64,000 nucleotides of DNA from Candidatus Iainarchaeum sp. (GCA_043809245.1 JAZDDZ010000054.1:1-64000), one strand, 5' to 3'; counted from the stretch's first letter, positions 20,115 through 31,464 are shown. Made by a program: numbers and translations. The notes: generated by a model from the letters alone, not told the origin.

Positions 20115-21386
20115 ATGGCAGCAAAGCCACACGTTAACCTGGTCTTCATTGGTCACGTCGACCATGGCAAATCAACTTTAGTCGGAAGATTATTGTATGA
20201 CACCGGAGCTTTAAGCGAACAGGATTACAGAAAATTAAAGACGGAAGCAGAGTCAAGGGGAAAGGGAACTTTTGCATTCGCTTACGTAATGGACAATTTG
20301 AAAGAGGAAAGGGAGAGAGGCGTTACAATTGACGTTTCCTACAAGAAATTTGACGGAAAAAAGAACACTTTCACAATAATTGACGCACCAGGCCACAGGG
20401 ACTTCGTTAAAAACATGATTACCGGAACCTCACAAGCAGACGCAGCGGTTGTTGTATGCGCTGCAAAGGAAGGCCCGCAGGAGCAGACAAAAGAGCACCT
20501 GTTTTTGGCGCAAGTGATGGGAATCAAAAACTTAATTGTTGCAATAAACAAAATGGATGAAGTCAAATACGAGGAAAAAAGGTTCAACGAAGTGAAACAA
20601 GACCTTTCAAAGCTTTTGACTTCAATCGGCGTAAAGCCAGAAACAGTAAAATTCGTTCCGGTTTCAGCCTGGGTTGGAGATAATGTCGCAAAGAAATCCG
20701 ACAAAATGGCGTGGTACAAGGGAGAGATACTTGTTGACGCACTTGACATGATTGTGCCGCCAACACCGCCAACAGACAAGCCGTTAAGGCTGCCTGTCCA
20801 AGACGTTTACACTATAAAAGGCGTTGGAACTGTTCCAGTTGGAAGAGTTGAAACTGGAATTATAAAGCCAGGTGATAAAATCATAATTGAGCCAATCGAC
20901 AAGACATTCGAAATCAAAACAATTGAAATGCACCACGAGCAATTGCCCCAGGCAGGCCCAGGGGACAACATTGGATTCAATGTAAGGGGTTTGGAGAAGT
21001 CAGACGTTGCAAGAGGCGATGTCATAGGGCACCCGAATAATCCGCCAACAGTGGCAAAGGAATTCATAGCTAGAATCGTGGTATTAAATCACCCAACGGC
21101 AATTCCAATCGGATACAATCCAGTGTTCCACATGCATACAGCGCAATTGAGCTGCGCGATAACGGAAATCCAGAAAAAACTGGACCCGAAAACAGGCGCA
21201 GTGAAAGAAGAGAACCCGAAGTTCCTTAAGACAGGCGACGCGGCAATCGTAAAAATCGTGCCGACAAAGCCGGTTGTTGTGGAGGAATACAAAAAATTCC
21301 CGCAGCTCGGAAGGTTCGCGATAAGGGACATGGGGCAGACTGTTGCTGCAGGCATGATTGAATCAATCACGCCGAGAAGCAAGTAA
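20115..21386 (+). CDS. tuf: Elongation factor 1-alpha
   Basis: [39 protein letters not shown]. Confidence 0.98.
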   Translation: MAAKPHVNLVFIGHVDHGKSTLVGRLLYDTGALSEQDYRKLKTEAESRGKGTFAFAYVMDNLKEERERGVTIDVSYKKFDGKKNTFTIIDAPGHRDFVKNMITGTSQADAAVVVCAAKEGPQEQTKEHLFLAQVMGIKNLIVAINKMDEVKYEEKRFNEVKQDLSKLLTSIGVKPETVKFVPVSAWVGDNVAKKSDKMAWYKGEILVDALDMIVPPTPPTDKPLRLPVQDVYTIKGVGTVPVGRVETGIIKPGDKIIIEPIDKTFEIKTIEMHHEQLPQAGPGDNIGFNVRGLEKSDVARGDVIGHPNNPPTVAKEFIARIVVLNHPTAIPIGYNPVFHMHTAQLSCAITEIQKKLDPKTGAVKEENPKFLKTGDAAIVKIVPTKPVVVEEYKKFPQLGRFAIRDMGQTVAAGMIESITPRSK

Positions 21387-21467
21387 CACGAAATGAAAGA
21401 TTCAAGGAGGCAACGCTTTTGTTGCTTTCTTTTCCTTCCATTTTCTTTTATTTTTTGGTGAGCAAGG

Positions 21468-21776
21468 ATGCAGAAGGCAAGAATCAGGCTTACAAGCCCT
21501 GACTACGGAACGCTTGAGGACATAAGCAAAAAAATCCTCGAAGTCGCGGAAAGAACAGGAGTAAAGCACTCCGGCGCAATTCCCTTGCCCACAAAAAAAC
21601 TGATTATTCCAACTCGAAAAGCCCCTTGCGGCGGAGGCACGGAAACCTACGAGCACTGGCAGCTGCGCATACACAAAAGAATGATTGACATTGAAGCCGA
21701 CGAGCGAACGCTTCGCAGAGTAATGCGCGTTGAAATCCCCGAAAACGTCCACGTGGAAATAGAACTCAAAGAATAA
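21468..21776 (+). CDS. rps10: 30S ribosomal protein S10
   Basis: IPLPTK, RKAPCG, RIHKRMIDI. Confidence 0.97.
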   Translation: MQKARIRLTSPDYGTLEDISKKILEVAERTGVKHSGAIPLPTKKLIIPTRKAPCGGGTETYEHWQLRIHKRMIDIEADERTLRRVMRVEIPENVHVEIELKE

Positions 21777-21859
21777 ACAGCACGCAATTCTTCCTATTGC
21801 AAAAGTAAACCAAAGTCGCAGAGAAATCCTTATAAATAAGCTAAGGCATTATAGTTAGC

Positions 21860-24800
21860 ATGAAACACAAGCGCTGGCTGCTATTTTTTCTTTTCATCAC
21901 AGTATTCGCAATCAATGCAGCTGCAGACCTGATTTCCTGGCAACAGTCAACCAACACTGCATGGGATTCTGCAAAAGGCGGGCACGCAGCAGTTGTGTTT
22001 AACGGAAAAATGTGGGTGCTTGGCGGAAGCAGCGCGGCAGGCGGACCCTACAGCAATGATGTGTGGTCTTCAGTTGACGGAATAACCTGGGCAAAATCCA
22101 CAATCACTTCCCCAAGCATGTGGGATGCCAGGACAAGCCACACAGCAATTGTTTATGACAACAAGATTTGGGTTATGGGTGGATGGCACGGCCCTAATGA
22201 CGACAGAAGCGATGTATGGTATTCGATTGACGGCTCATTTTGGACAAGAGCCACGCAAAACGCGCCTTGGGGTGAAAGGTCAGGGCACGCAGCAGTTGTC
22301 TTTGACGGAAAAATGTGGGTACTCGGAGGCACAGAAGTTTCTGCAAGCGGTACTGTAACTTATTTCAATGATGCATGGTGGTCAACAGACGGAACAAACT
22401 GGACACAGGAAACTGCAAGCGCGCCATGGGGTGCAAGATTCGGTCATTCGGCAGTGGTCTACAACAACAAAATTTGGGTTATCGGTGGAAAAGAACAAGG
22501 CATTGACCCAAGCGTATGGAAAAAAGACGTTTGGTCATCATCAGCTGATGGGACAAGCTGGGCAATGAATTCAAGCATTGGAATGCAGGGCAGAGGCGAA
22601 CTGGCAGCAGTAGAGTATGACGGCAAGATGTGGGTTTTCGGGGGATATTATATTCCTGAGTTTAGCGCAAGCCTATCTTTTCCCCGCGATGTGTGGTACT
22701 CAACAGACGGCACAACATGGGCAAGGGACACAAGCACTGCAGGCTGGCCTGGAAGGAAAGACTTCACGGCGCTTGTTTATTCCGGCAAAATATTTCTGAT
22801 GGGTGGGGTAAATGGATCCGGCGGAGCAGATTATCTCAGGGATGTGTGGACAAGCAACTGGATAAGTGGCTGCCCAGACAGCCAAAGGATTTTCAGAATC
22901 AACGCAACAACAAACGCGCACGGCGAGCAATGGAACCTTGCAAATTACTCAACGGAAATATGCGTTCCTGCAGCGCTTCAGGCAGCCTATGTTCCAGGGG
23001 CAACACCACACGCATGCACAGCAACAAACCAAGTTGTAAGGCTTTACGGAACAACACCAATAACAAACGCACACGGAGAAAGAACACAAGGCACAACCGC
23101 GGGCTATTCCAATGTCTGCCTTGGAAACCTTCAATGCATTACAAGAAGCGATAGCTGTGATCCAGGAGAAACATGCGTTGTAAAACTCAGCGACCTCACA
23201 AACGCGCACTTTGAAACCTGTAGTGAAACAAATTACAATTACTTTGTGTGCTGCAATGTGCCTTCCGGCCCTGTTCCGAATTTAAGCGCTGAGGCCGGCG
23301 GCCCTTATAATGAAACAACTGGTGTGCTATTTTCTTTGGCTGGCGCTGCAATAGGCGGAACCCCGCCCTACAATTACAGCTGGGCAATTTCTCCAGGAGC
23401 AGGATGCCCGGCAAGCGCTTCAGGGCAAAACCCGTCAATTACCTGCACGGGAGAGGGAAGCAGCACTGCAACGCTCACGGTAACAGACTCTACGGCGAGC
23501 ACCGACACAGATGATGCTCCAATTACTGTAAGCGCTCCGCCTGCATGCACGCCGACTGAAACACCAAACGAATTAACGTGCAATGACGGGTTTGACAACG
23601 ACTGCGATACACTAATTGACTGCTCAGACCCTGACTGCAGTTCTGCATCAAACTGCATTTCGTGCACGCCAACGGAAGTGCCGGAAATCACCTGCGATGA
23701 CTTAACCGATAACGACTGCGACAATTTAATAGACTGCGCAGATCCGGATTGTTCAACAAGCCCTGCATGCATAACAACTTGCACCCCAACAGAAAGCCCA
23801 AACGAACTTACATGTGATGATGGAATTGACAATGACTGCGATGGATTGTTTGACTGCGGGGACAGCGACTGTTCAAGCGCGGAAAACTGTGTTTCAAACC
23901 AGCCGCCGACTGCAACGCTTAGCGCGAACCAAACAAGCGGAACACAGCCATTTAATGTAACGTTTGACGCGCAATGCAATGACAGTGACGGAACAATTTT
24001 TTCCTGTGAACTTGATTTCGGCGACGGTTCAGCTCCAATTAACATTGGTTCAGGCACCGCGAATGTAAGCGGAAGCCCAAGCCACAGTTACAATAACCCC
24101 GGAACTTTTAACGCAGTTTTGACTGCGGTTGACAACCAAGGCGCAATTGATACTGACACGGCAACAATAATGGTCAGCGCTTCAGGAACACCAAGCTGCA
24201 CAGTAATCCTAAACCCAAACCAAATTGAAACCCAGACAGGAACAACAAGCGTTGAAGTAAGCTATCTGAATACTTCAAACCCAACATTTCAGGTCACCTG
24301 TGGAGACGAATCATCAAACACGCCATCACAAACCTGCAGTTCATCTCCCTGCCCAATCGGCAACTGCGGAGTGTATACATCAACTGGCTACACAAACATC
24401 ACGGCAACAACAATTGGAGGCTCAGAAAACGCCAACTGCTTCGAACGCCTGACAATAAGCAATCCAGGCTGCAACGACGGAACCTTTACACCTGCAACCG
24501 AGGACTGTGAACCAGGAGTAAATGAAACCGCATGCACAGGCGCAACGCCTGAATGCAGCACGATTACCTGCAATTGTATAGCCGCATCCTCTTCAGATGA
24601 CTATATTTTATCAGTAACCGTTACTCCTTTCTCTGTGCCAAACGATGGTTCCAGCACTGCAACTGTCAAGGCATTGCTTTCAAACAATTTTGAGATAAAT
24701 CTGGAGATACTTAACGGGGTGACAAACCAGCCAGTGGCGGGAATCCCTTTAATAGCAAAATCACCCACTGCCGCTGCGCCAAAAGAAGTGGAATTTATCC

Positions 24801-25003
24801 TTAGCGCTTCACAAATACAGCTTCTTAATTCAGGCAGCTTCAAGGCAAGGGTTTCGCTTGCAACAGACCCAAGCGTGAAAAAAGACGCGTATTTCTCGGT
24901 TTACACCGCTTCCTCTGTCTCGGTTCCCGAACTGCCGCAGCCTCTTGTACTGCTTGTTTTGATGGTGGTTATGGCTTTAATTTTGCGCGGAAAAAAGCGC
25001 TGA
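21860..25003 (+). CDS. Surface protein: Kelch-like six-bladed propeller, TNAH-repeat domain, PKD domains, Cys/Asp repeats, PEF-CTERM-like anchor
   Basis: Signal peptide; 6x (G)H.AVV.DGKMWV.GG..DVW.S.DG..W; 3x C.D..DNDCD.L.DC.D.DC; C-terminus VPELP + TM + RGKKR. Confidence 0.88.
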   Translation: MKHKRWLLFFLFITVFAINAAADLISWQQSTNTAWDSAKGGHAAVVFNGKMWVLGGSSAAGGPYSNDVWSSVDGITWAKSTITSPSMWDARTSHTAIVYDNKIWVMGGWHGPNDDRSDVWYSIDGSFWTRATQNAPWGERSGHAAVVFDGKMWVLGGTEVSASGTVTYFNDAWWSTDGTNWTQETASAPWGARFGHSAVVYNNKIWVIGGKEQGIDPSVWKKDVWSSSADGTSWAMNSSIGMQGRGELAAVEYDGKMWVFGGYYIPEFSASLSFPRDVWYSTDGTTWARDTSTAGWPGRKDFTALVYSGKIFLMGGVNGSGGADYLRDVWTSNWISGCPDSQRIFRINATTNAHGEQWNLANYSTEICVPAALQAAYVPGATPHACTATNQVVRLYGTTPITNAHGERTQGTTAGYSNVCLGNLQCITRSDSCDPGETCVVKLSDLTNAHFETCSETNYNYFVCCNVPSGPVPNLSAEAGGPYNETTGVLFSLAGAAIGGTPPYNYSWAISPGAGCPASASGQNPSITCTGEGSSTATLTVTDSTASTDTDDAPITVSAPPACTPTETPNELTCNDGFDNDCDTLIDCSDPDCSSASNCISCTPTEVPEITCDDLTDNDCDNLIDCADPDCSTSPACITTCTPTESPNELTCDDGIDNDCDGLFDCGDSDCSSAENCVSNQPPTATLSANQTSGTQPFNVTFDAQCNDSDGTIFSCELDFGDGSAPINIGSGTANVSGSPSHSYNNPGTFNAVLTAVDNQGAIDTDTATIMVSASGTPSCTVILNPNQIETQTGTTSVEVSYLNTSNPTFQVTCGDESSNTPSQTCSSSPCPIGNCGVYTSTGYTNITATTIGGSENANCFERLTISNPGCNDGTFTPATEDCEPGVNETACTGATPECSTITCNCIAASSSDDYILSVTVTPFSVPNDGSSTATVKALLSNNFEINLEILNGVTNQPVAGIPLIAKSPTAAAPKEVEFILSASQIQLLNSGSFKARVSLATDPSVKKDAYFSVYTASSVSVPELPQPLVLLVLMVVMALILRGKKR
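23544..23890 (+). repeat. Three tandem ~40-aa Cys/Asp-rich coding repeats (putative metal/Ca-binding)
   Basis: CTPTE..(N)E.TC.D..DNDCD...DC.D.DCS repeated three times. Confidence 0.8.
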
Positions 25004-25052
25004 AAACCGCCTACAGTAGAATTATATATCTCTTTTAACTACATTTATTGAA

Positions 25053-28000
25053 ATGAAGAAATTATTGCTTGTTTTGTTCGTGTTGCTTGTTTTTCTAGCC
25101 GCGGAAATAAATGCGCAGGAAGGCCACGAGGCAACATGCACTGCGGCAGACCGCGCAAATTTGCCTGGGGCCGGCTTCTGCTATAAATGGGTGAACGGCC
25201 CGGCGAAAGCAGTATTGCTTGGCACGGTTGATTCAGCGGCAGCCTATAGGCAATCAACTGTCCCTGAATTCGGGCAGGTAAAATATTTTTTATTGCCTCT
25301 AGGTCTGCAGGTAAGGTATAAATGCGTTGAGAACGAGCAGACAACAATATTCACTTATCCAGGCCTCTTTAACCCTCCCCTTGACGGAACCCTGATTGCA
25401 TCAAACAGCCCTGAAAAAGAACCTTCAGTAAAACAAATGGACTGTAAAACAACTTACACTCAAGGAGGGTTAAATTATGTTGCGGACGCCAAAGCGCAAC
25501 AGGACAACCCAGGATATTACACGCTAATGTGCGCACAGGACTCAGATTGTTTAGGAGGCCAGGCATGCAATACCTCTTACAGGCATCCAAGCGACATTTC
25601 TTTGAGCCCTTTGCAGTGGAGCTGCATTGCAAATGGCGCGCCGGCCTTTTCAGGCGCACTAAATTATCCTGCAGTTGTAAACATAGGCCAGGAAGCAATT
25701 TTTTCGGCGGAATGGAATGATACGCCTTCATCTGACAGCGTTAAATTGATTGTGAATGACTGTGGTGCTGTTGACTGCATTGCAACTTTTTCCTGCGATG
25801 ACACAGATTATTCAACTTCAAAACCCGCAACATGTTCTGTTACACCCCAGACAGAGCAGGGGATCACAAAAACGCTTTACGCTTTCCTTTGCGACGACCA
25901 GGGGGCGTGTACACCATATTCAGAAAATCCATTTAGCGTCAAAGTTAATCAGGCGCCTGCACCGACACTGGAGCCAACGCAGGCAAGCGGCGAGTCCCCG
26001 TTTACCGTGAATTTCACTGCGACATGCGAGGATTCTGATGGAACAATTTCTTCCTGTGAAATTGCTTTTGGGGACGGAACAAGCCAAACCCTGCAGGCGA
26101 TTGAAACCCCCCAACCTGTAAGCCACACTTACACAAACATGAATGCAACTGCAAAAGAATACACTGCAACCTTGACTGCAACGGATAATGATTCGCAGGC
26201 TTCAACCGCAACTTCAACAATAACAGTCTGGCCGCAGGGAGACAAGCCTCCTGTTGCGGTGCTGCAAATAGTGCCGCCAAGGAATACAAGGGAATTCAAT
26301 GCCGCACTTAATTACAATTGCACTGACCCTGATACAAAAGCGGAATGGGTACTTGACAAGTGCGAACTAAACTACCGCATATTCTACCCCTCAATGCCTG
26401 ATGCTGATGGGAACACATTGAACGGCATTAGCGGAAGTTATATCCAAACTTACAGAAATTACACTGACCTTAATGCAGCGAGAACGCATACTTTAAGGGC
26501 AGTGGATAAAAGTGAAGCCAGCTCTGAGGACACAAAAACAATAACTGTTGAGGCTGAACCGCGCCTGAAAATTGTTCTAGAGTCAGAGCCAAAGGGATAT
26601 GTAAACAGGACTGGTTATTACGCAGGCGAATTCGGAATTTCAATTCCAACGCCTTATTTTATTATCGGCGGAAGCCCCATAAACTTCCACATTGAAAACA
26701 TAAACGGAAAACCCCTGATAAGCGAATACACTGACATTGAGTGGCAGTGGGCTCATGGAACAGGCGACTGGGGCTGGAGTAGTGGTTTGCATGATTCTTA
26801 TGGTGCGGACACAAACACGGGTTTCTTTCCTCCCGCAACAGATGCGGATAGTAGCTGTTCTCTTGCAAGCGCCAACGGAACCCAAACAATGTCTGTAACC
26901 TGCGCCGGAACTTATTTCAAGAAACTGACTGTAAAGGCAAGGAATAAAAATAACAGCGAGTGGGCGCAGGCATCATTCATTTTCCTCATAGAGTATGGCT
27001 TTGGAAAAAAGCCCTTGGTGGAATTCACCCCGACCGCGCAGCAGATGAAAAGCGGAATTGACACAATAAAGTATGACGCAAATTGCGCTCGCTGGCTAGG
27101 TGGAAACAATGCAAACTATGAATCGGAGAGGCTTAGTTCCTGTGAAATAAACTGGCTTATCTGGCCATTGCCGCCGCAGTCCATTCCGATAGTTGACAAT
27201 AACAGTGAATTCAAGTCAGAGGCAATTGCTTTAGGCATTTCAGCGCCTTCGCCTTACAATAATCCGTCAGGGAGCCGCATCCAGCTATTGCACCCCGGTC
27301 TTTATGCATTTAACTATGCCGGAAAGGAAAACTGGTGGGAATCATCAATAAGCGTTCTCCCGAACACAAACATTAAGCCTAAAGCGAAATTCCTGAACCA
27401 TATTACAAGCGCAAGTGTCAATGATGAGGTTGCATTTGAAGCGCAGTGCACTGATTATGATGGGCCGGGAGACATGACTGCTTTGCCAGCGGATTTCTGC
27501 AGCATTGATTACGGGAACGGCACAACCGAGGCAATGAACAAAGTTGTTGACCCATTAGGAGACAATTTTGACTCAGGCATTCTTTCAAGCGAATGGAAAA
27601 CCGAGTCATACTGCGCTTCAGATTCAGCTGAGATTAACGGCGGAAAGCTGGAATTTAATGTGAAATCGAATTGCGGCAGGCTGCCTTTGGGGTATATAAG
27701 CTCTAACCGTGTTACTCGACTTGTCAAGGATGTTAGTGGCGTTGACGAGAACAATTTTGACATTGTCGCAGAAGTCATTCCCTCAATCGATGCATTGATG
27801 GGGAACGCGGCATTTCAATTCCACCAGGGAATTATACTTGAAGAGAACAGCAAGCGCTTTGCATTGCTGGAGGTCAGGAGGGACGTGGACGAAGAAGAGC
27901 AGGTTATACACGACAGGTATTATTTCGAGTTATATGACCTTAATGTTTCAACCAGTTATGGAACCAAAGGCCAATGGCTTGGCTCGGGAAAAATTGCATT

Positions 28001-29519
28001 TCCAAACAACAAGAGCACTTTCCTCAAGCTGTCAAAAAGGGGAAGCATTTTAGCGGCTTACTATTCATCCGACGGAGTTAATTATTCCCTGCTTGGCTCA
28101 ATTGACCTGTGGGAATACACAGTTAAAACCGGATTGCCGTTCAATATAAACAATGCAGGCATATTTTTTGGGAATACAGGAACATCAAATGCAAAGGACA
28201 TTAAAGCCGCATTTGACAACTTGCAAATGGATTTTTACAGTTACAGTGCAACGCACACTTACACCAGCGCCGCAAACCTGCAGGCAAAGGTTTGCGCAAA
28301 CGATGGGGCGGATGAAGTGTGCGATTCACTTAACCTGAGTGTTACCACAGCCGAAAACATCAAGCCCACGGAAACAATAACTGCGCCGGCTGAAAGCGAC
28401 AGGATAAAGGCATTTGATGAGGACATCACAATCAGCGGAAGCGCAAGCGATTCAGACCAGGGGATAGCAAAGATTTGGTGGGAGGCAATTTCAATGCCTT
28501 TGAACTGTTCACTGGTTAATGATTCAGAGGAATTTCCTACACCGCAAACTGACGCAGTAATCAGTTCCACGCTTAACTGTGCTTCTGATCCAACAGCCCC
28601 TGACCTTGTTTACAATGAAGTGGTGTTAGAGCTCCATGCACTTGATGGTGCGGGAGAAGAGCCGCAGCCACTGGAAAGCATTACAATAAAGATAGGAAAA
28701 ATAGGCGAAAATGTGGAAATAACCGGCGTGACTCCTGCGGACCCGAATAAAACAAATAACACTGTTGTTTTTTCATATTACTGCCCCTTGGGTGGATGCA
28801 CAATAACAGGCCAACCGCAAAGCTGCGTTGGATTTTGTGAACCACCGGCTTTTACGCAAAACATCGGGTCGGCTGGACACGGAAGCCTTCTGGGAATATT
28901 TTTTGATTCAGCGAACGATTTTGACTTCAAAATATCAATAACAGGGCAGCAACTGGATGCAGCGGGAGCAAGCTATGAGGTTAATACGGGAACTGATGAC
29001 CAAACAATTCACTTCACTGCAAGCACTGGAACAGGCACTGGCACCACGTACACCAACGACATTCTTGATGTAACCTATGCGTCCACGGACAAGCAGACTT
29101 ATTACGCGAATGGAACAATGAATGTGAGCTTCAAGGTGAAGAATTACGACACTGAAGCGCATAACCAGGATTACGAAATTATTCTGAGGGACATGCGTTC
29201 CCCGCAGATTGAATTCGAGCCTGTAACTGGAACATTTAACTTTGAGCCAGGGGAAAACACGGTTAACAATGCCCCTGTGGTTGACCTTGCAGGCCTTGGC
29301 ATTGCAAAGGGAAGCTATTTTGTGGTAATACACGTTTACGAGGTAGGCATGGGGGAAGACACTGAATTCGCGCCAAATAACACTTATGACGCGCTTTACG
29401 CTGGAATCGTTGACCCCCTGAACACTGTGAGCATTCCCGAGCTTCCATTGTGGTTTGCGCCGCTGCTTGCATTGAGTGCAATGCTCATAGTTTGGTTTAA
29501 AAAGAAAACAAACGCCTAA
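25053..29519 (+). CDS. Large PKD/Ig-domain surface protein with ConA-like beta-sandwich and PEF-CTERM-like anchor
   Basis: Signal peptide; PKD motifs (D.DG.I.SC...FGDG..HTY); C-terminus IPELP + TM + KKK. Confidence 0.85.
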   Translation: MKKLLLVLFVLLVFLAAEINAQEGHEATCTAADRANLPGAGFCYKWVNGPAKAVLLGTVDSAAAYRQSTVPEFGQVKYFLLPLGLQVRYKCVENEQTTIFTYPGLFNPPLDGTLIASNSPEKEPSVKQMDCKTTYTQGGLNYVADAKAQQDNPGYYTLMCAQDSDCLGGQACNTSYRHPSDISLSPLQWSCIANGAPAFSGALNYPAVVNIGQEAIFSAEWNDTPSSDSVKLIVNDCGAVDCIATFSCDDTDYSTSKPATCSVTPQTEQGITKTLYAFLCDDQGACTPYSENPFSVKVNQAPAPTLEPTQASGESPFTVNFTATCEDSDGTISSCEIAFGDGTSQTLQAIETPQPVSHTYTNMNATAKEYTATLTATDNDSQASTATSTITVWPQGDKPPVAVLQIVPPRNTREFNAALNYNCTDPDTKAEWVLDKCELNYRIFYPSMPDADGNTLNGISGSYIQTYRNYTDLNAARTHTLRAVDKSEASSEDTKTITVEAEPRLKIVLESEPKGYVNRTGYYAGEFGISIPTPYFIIGGSPINFHIENINGKPLISEYTDIEWQWAHGTGDWGWSSGLHDSYGADTNTGFFPPATDADSSCSLASANGTQTMSVTCAGTYFKKLTVKARNKNNSEWAQASFIFLIEYGFGKKPLVEFTPTAQQMKSGIDTIKYDANCARWLGGNNANYESERLSSCEINWLIWPLPPQSIPIVDNNSEFKSEAIALGISAPSPYNNPSGSRIQLLHPGLYAFNYAGKENWWESSISVLPNTNIKPKAKFLNHITSASVNDEVAFEAQCTDYDGPGDMTALPADFCSIDYGNGTTEAMNKVVDPLGDNFDSGILSSEWKTESYCASDSAEINGGKLEFNVKSNCGRLPLGYISSNRVTRLVKDVSGVDENNFDIVAEVIPSIDALMGNAAFQFHQGIILEENSKRFALLEVRRDVDEEEQVIHDRYYFELYDLNVSTSYGTKGQWLGSGKIAFPNNKSTFLKLSKRGSILAAYYSSDGVNYSLLGSIDLWEYTVKTGLPFNINNAGIFFGNTGTSNAKDIKAAFDNLQMDFYSYSATHTYTSAANLQAKVCANDGADEVCDSLNLSVTTAENIKPTETITAPAESDRIKAFDEDITISGSASDSDQGIAKIWWEAISMPLNCSLVNDSEEFPTPQTDAVISSTLNCASDPTAPDLVYNEVVLELHALDGAGEEPQPLESITIKIGKIGENVEITGVTPADPNKTNNTVVFSYYCPLGGCTITGQPQSCVGFCEPPAFTQNIGSAGHGSLLGIFFDSANDFDFKISITGQQLDAAGASYEVNTGTDDQTIHFTASTGTGTGTTYTNDILDVTYASTDKQTYYANGTMNVSFKVKNYDTEAHNQDYEIILRDMRSPQIEFEPVTGTFNFEPGENTVNNAPVVDLAGLGIAKGSYFVVIHVYEVGMGEDTEFAPNNTYDALYAGIVDPLNTVSIPELPLWFAPLLALSAMLIVWFKKKTNA

Positions 29520-29526
29520 TTGTATA

Positions 29527-29952
29527 ATGGCATTTGAATGGTTTGACCACCAGGCAGACATAGGCGTTAGGGGCCTAGGTAAAAGCTATGAGGAGGCGTT
29601 CGCTGAGGCAGCGCACGCAATGTTCAGCCTTATTGCAAACCTTGAAACAGTGAAAGCGGATAAAGGCATTGAGGTGAAGGTTAAGGGAAACGAACTGGAT
29701 GAATTATTGGTCAATTGGCTGAACGAACTGCTTTACCTCAAGGATTCCCAGGGAATGGTGTTCAAGGAGTTTCATGTGAAAAGGATTTACCAGAAAAACG
29801 GCTACTTTCACATTGACGCAGTGGCTTTAGGGGAAAAAATTGACTACAAAAAGCATGATTTGAAAAGCGATGTGAAGGCAGCAACCTACAGCGAGTTAAA
29901 GGTTGAAGAAATGAAAGGCGTGTTTTACGCGCAATGCGTTGTGGACGTATAA
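29527..29952 (+). CDS. Archease
   Basis: DHQADIG, WLNELL, VKAATY, VVDV; directly upstream of rtcB. Confidence 0.95.
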   Translation: MAFEWFDHQADIGVRGLGKSYEEAFAEAAHAMFSLIANLETVKADKGIEVKVKGNELDELLVNWLNELLYLKDSQGMVFKEFHVKRIYQKNGYFHIDAVALGEKIDYKKHDLKSDVKAATYSELKVEEMKGVFYAQCVVDV

Positions 29953-29967
29953 GGAAGGGATTGAAGA

Positions 29968-31401
29968 ATGGCTGAATTCAAAAAAATTTCGGAAGGAATC
30001 TGGGAAACTGAGAAAAAGGGAAGCATGCGCGTGCCCGGAAGAATTTTTGCAAGCGACGAATTGTTCAAAGAGATTGAGGCAGGCGCAAAACAACAGCTGT
30101 TGAATGTAGCGGAACTTCCTGGAATTGAAAAGGCTTCTCTCGGCATGCCTGACATGCACTGGGGCTACGGCTTTCCAATAGGGGGAGTTGCTGCATTTGA
30201 TTTGGAGAAAGGCGTTGTGAGCCCCGGGGGCATAGGTTTTGATTTAAATTGCGGAATCCGCTTAATCAAAACAAATTTAGCGGAGAAAGATGTCAGGCCG
30301 AAAATGAAAGAACTGTTCGATGTTTTGTTTTCACTTGTTCCAGCAGGCGTGGGGGAGAAAGGAAAGTGGAGAATGAATGAAAAGGAATTGAAAGAAGTGC
30401 TGAACTACGGCGCGAAAAAAGCTGTTGAGAAGGGCTTTGGCTGGGAAAAGGATTTGGAGCACATTGAAGAGAAAGGCTGCATGAAGGAAGCTAATGCGGA
30501 AAAGGTTTCAATTAAAGCGATTCAGAGGGGAATGCCGCAGTGCGGCACATTGGGCTCAGGAAACCATTTCCTTGAAGTGCAGAAAGTGGAAAAGGTTTTT
30601 GACGAAAAAGTTGCAAAAGTTTTTGGGATGCATGAAGGGCAGATTATCGTAATGCTTCACTCCGGCAGCAGGGGATGCGGGCACCAGATTGCAACCGATT
30701 ACATCGAGGTAATGCTTGGAGCAATGAAAAAGTACGCAATCAGCGTGCCTGACAAGCAGCTTGCATGCGCGCCAATTGAAAGCAAAGAGGGAAAAGATTA
30801 CTTAGCGGCAATGAGCGCGGGCGTGAATTACGCTTTTGCAAACAGGCAGGCAATGACTCATTGGCTGCGCGAAGGATTTGAAAAAGTTTTCAATCAAAGC
30901 GCTGAATCGCTTGGAATGGAACTGCTTTACGACATATGCCACAACGTCGCGAAATTCGAGGAGCACCAGGTTAACGGGGAAAAGAAAAAACTATTGGTGC
31001 ACCGCAAGGGAGCGACAAGGGCTTTTGCAGCGGGAAGAAAAGAAAACCCAAAGGAATTCATGCAGACAGGGCACCCCGCAATAATTCCTGGTTCAATGGG
31101 CACAGCGTCTTACGTGCTTGTGGGAACAGAGAAAGGATTGCAAGAAACTTTTGGCTCGGTTTGCCATGGCGCGGGAAGGGTAATGAGCAGGCATGAGGCA
31201 ATGAAGAGAAAAAGGGGAGAGCAGGTAAAAAAAGAGCTGGAAGAAAAAGGGCAGGTGGTGAAAGGCGCTTCCTGGTCTGGCTTGGCGGAAGAAATGCCGG
31301 AAGCATACAAGGACATTGACGAGGTTATTCGCTCAGTTGAATTAAGCGGAATTGGAAGAAAAGTAGCTAAAATGGCCCCTTTAGGGGTAATGAAGGGGTA
31401 A
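29968..31401 (+). CDS. rtcB: tRNA-splicing ligase RtcB
   Basis: MPDMHWGYGFPIG, DLNCG, GSGNHF, HSGSRG, HRKGATR, HGAGR. Confidence 0.97.
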   Translation: MAEFKKISEGIWETEKKGSMRVPGRIFASDELFKEIEAGAKQQLLNVAELPGIEKASLGMPDMHWGYGFPIGGVAAFDLEKGVVSPGGIGFDLNCGIRLIKTNLAEKDVRPKMKELFDVLFSLVPAGVGEKGKWRMNEKELKEVLNYGAKKAVEKGFGWEKDLEHIEEKGCMKEANAEKVSIKAIQRGMPQCGTLGSGNHFLEVQKVEKVFDEKVAKVFGMHEGQIIVMLHSGSRGCGHQIATDYIEVMLGAMKKYAISVPDKQLACAPIESKEGKDYLAAMSAGVNYAFANRQAMTHWLREGFEKVFNQSAESLGMELLYDICHNVAKFEEHQVNGEKKKLLVHRKGATRAFAAGRKENPKEFMQTGHPAIIPGSMGTASYVLVGTEKGLQETFGSVCHGAGRVMSRHEAMKRKRGEQVKKELEEKGQVVKGASWSGLAEEMPEAYKDIDEVIRSVELSGIGRKVAKMAPLGVMKG

Positions 31402-31464
31402 AAAACACCAACAACAATAACCGCTAGCACGAATTCCAATGGAGTGCTGCAGTTCGGTTCCTGA
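31402..31464 (+). pseudogene. Orphan 3' fragment 1 of the 186..3338 family (KTPTTITASTNSNGVLQFGS*)
   Basis: Hand translation matches C-terminus TKTVSTNSAGVLEFNS* of 186..3338; no start codon. Confidence 0.85.

Noticed and set aside
31399-31464. Stop-codon readthrough extending RtcB
   Set aside because: Shared frame has a 1-in-3 chance; RtcB ends at its normal ..MKG terminus with TAA
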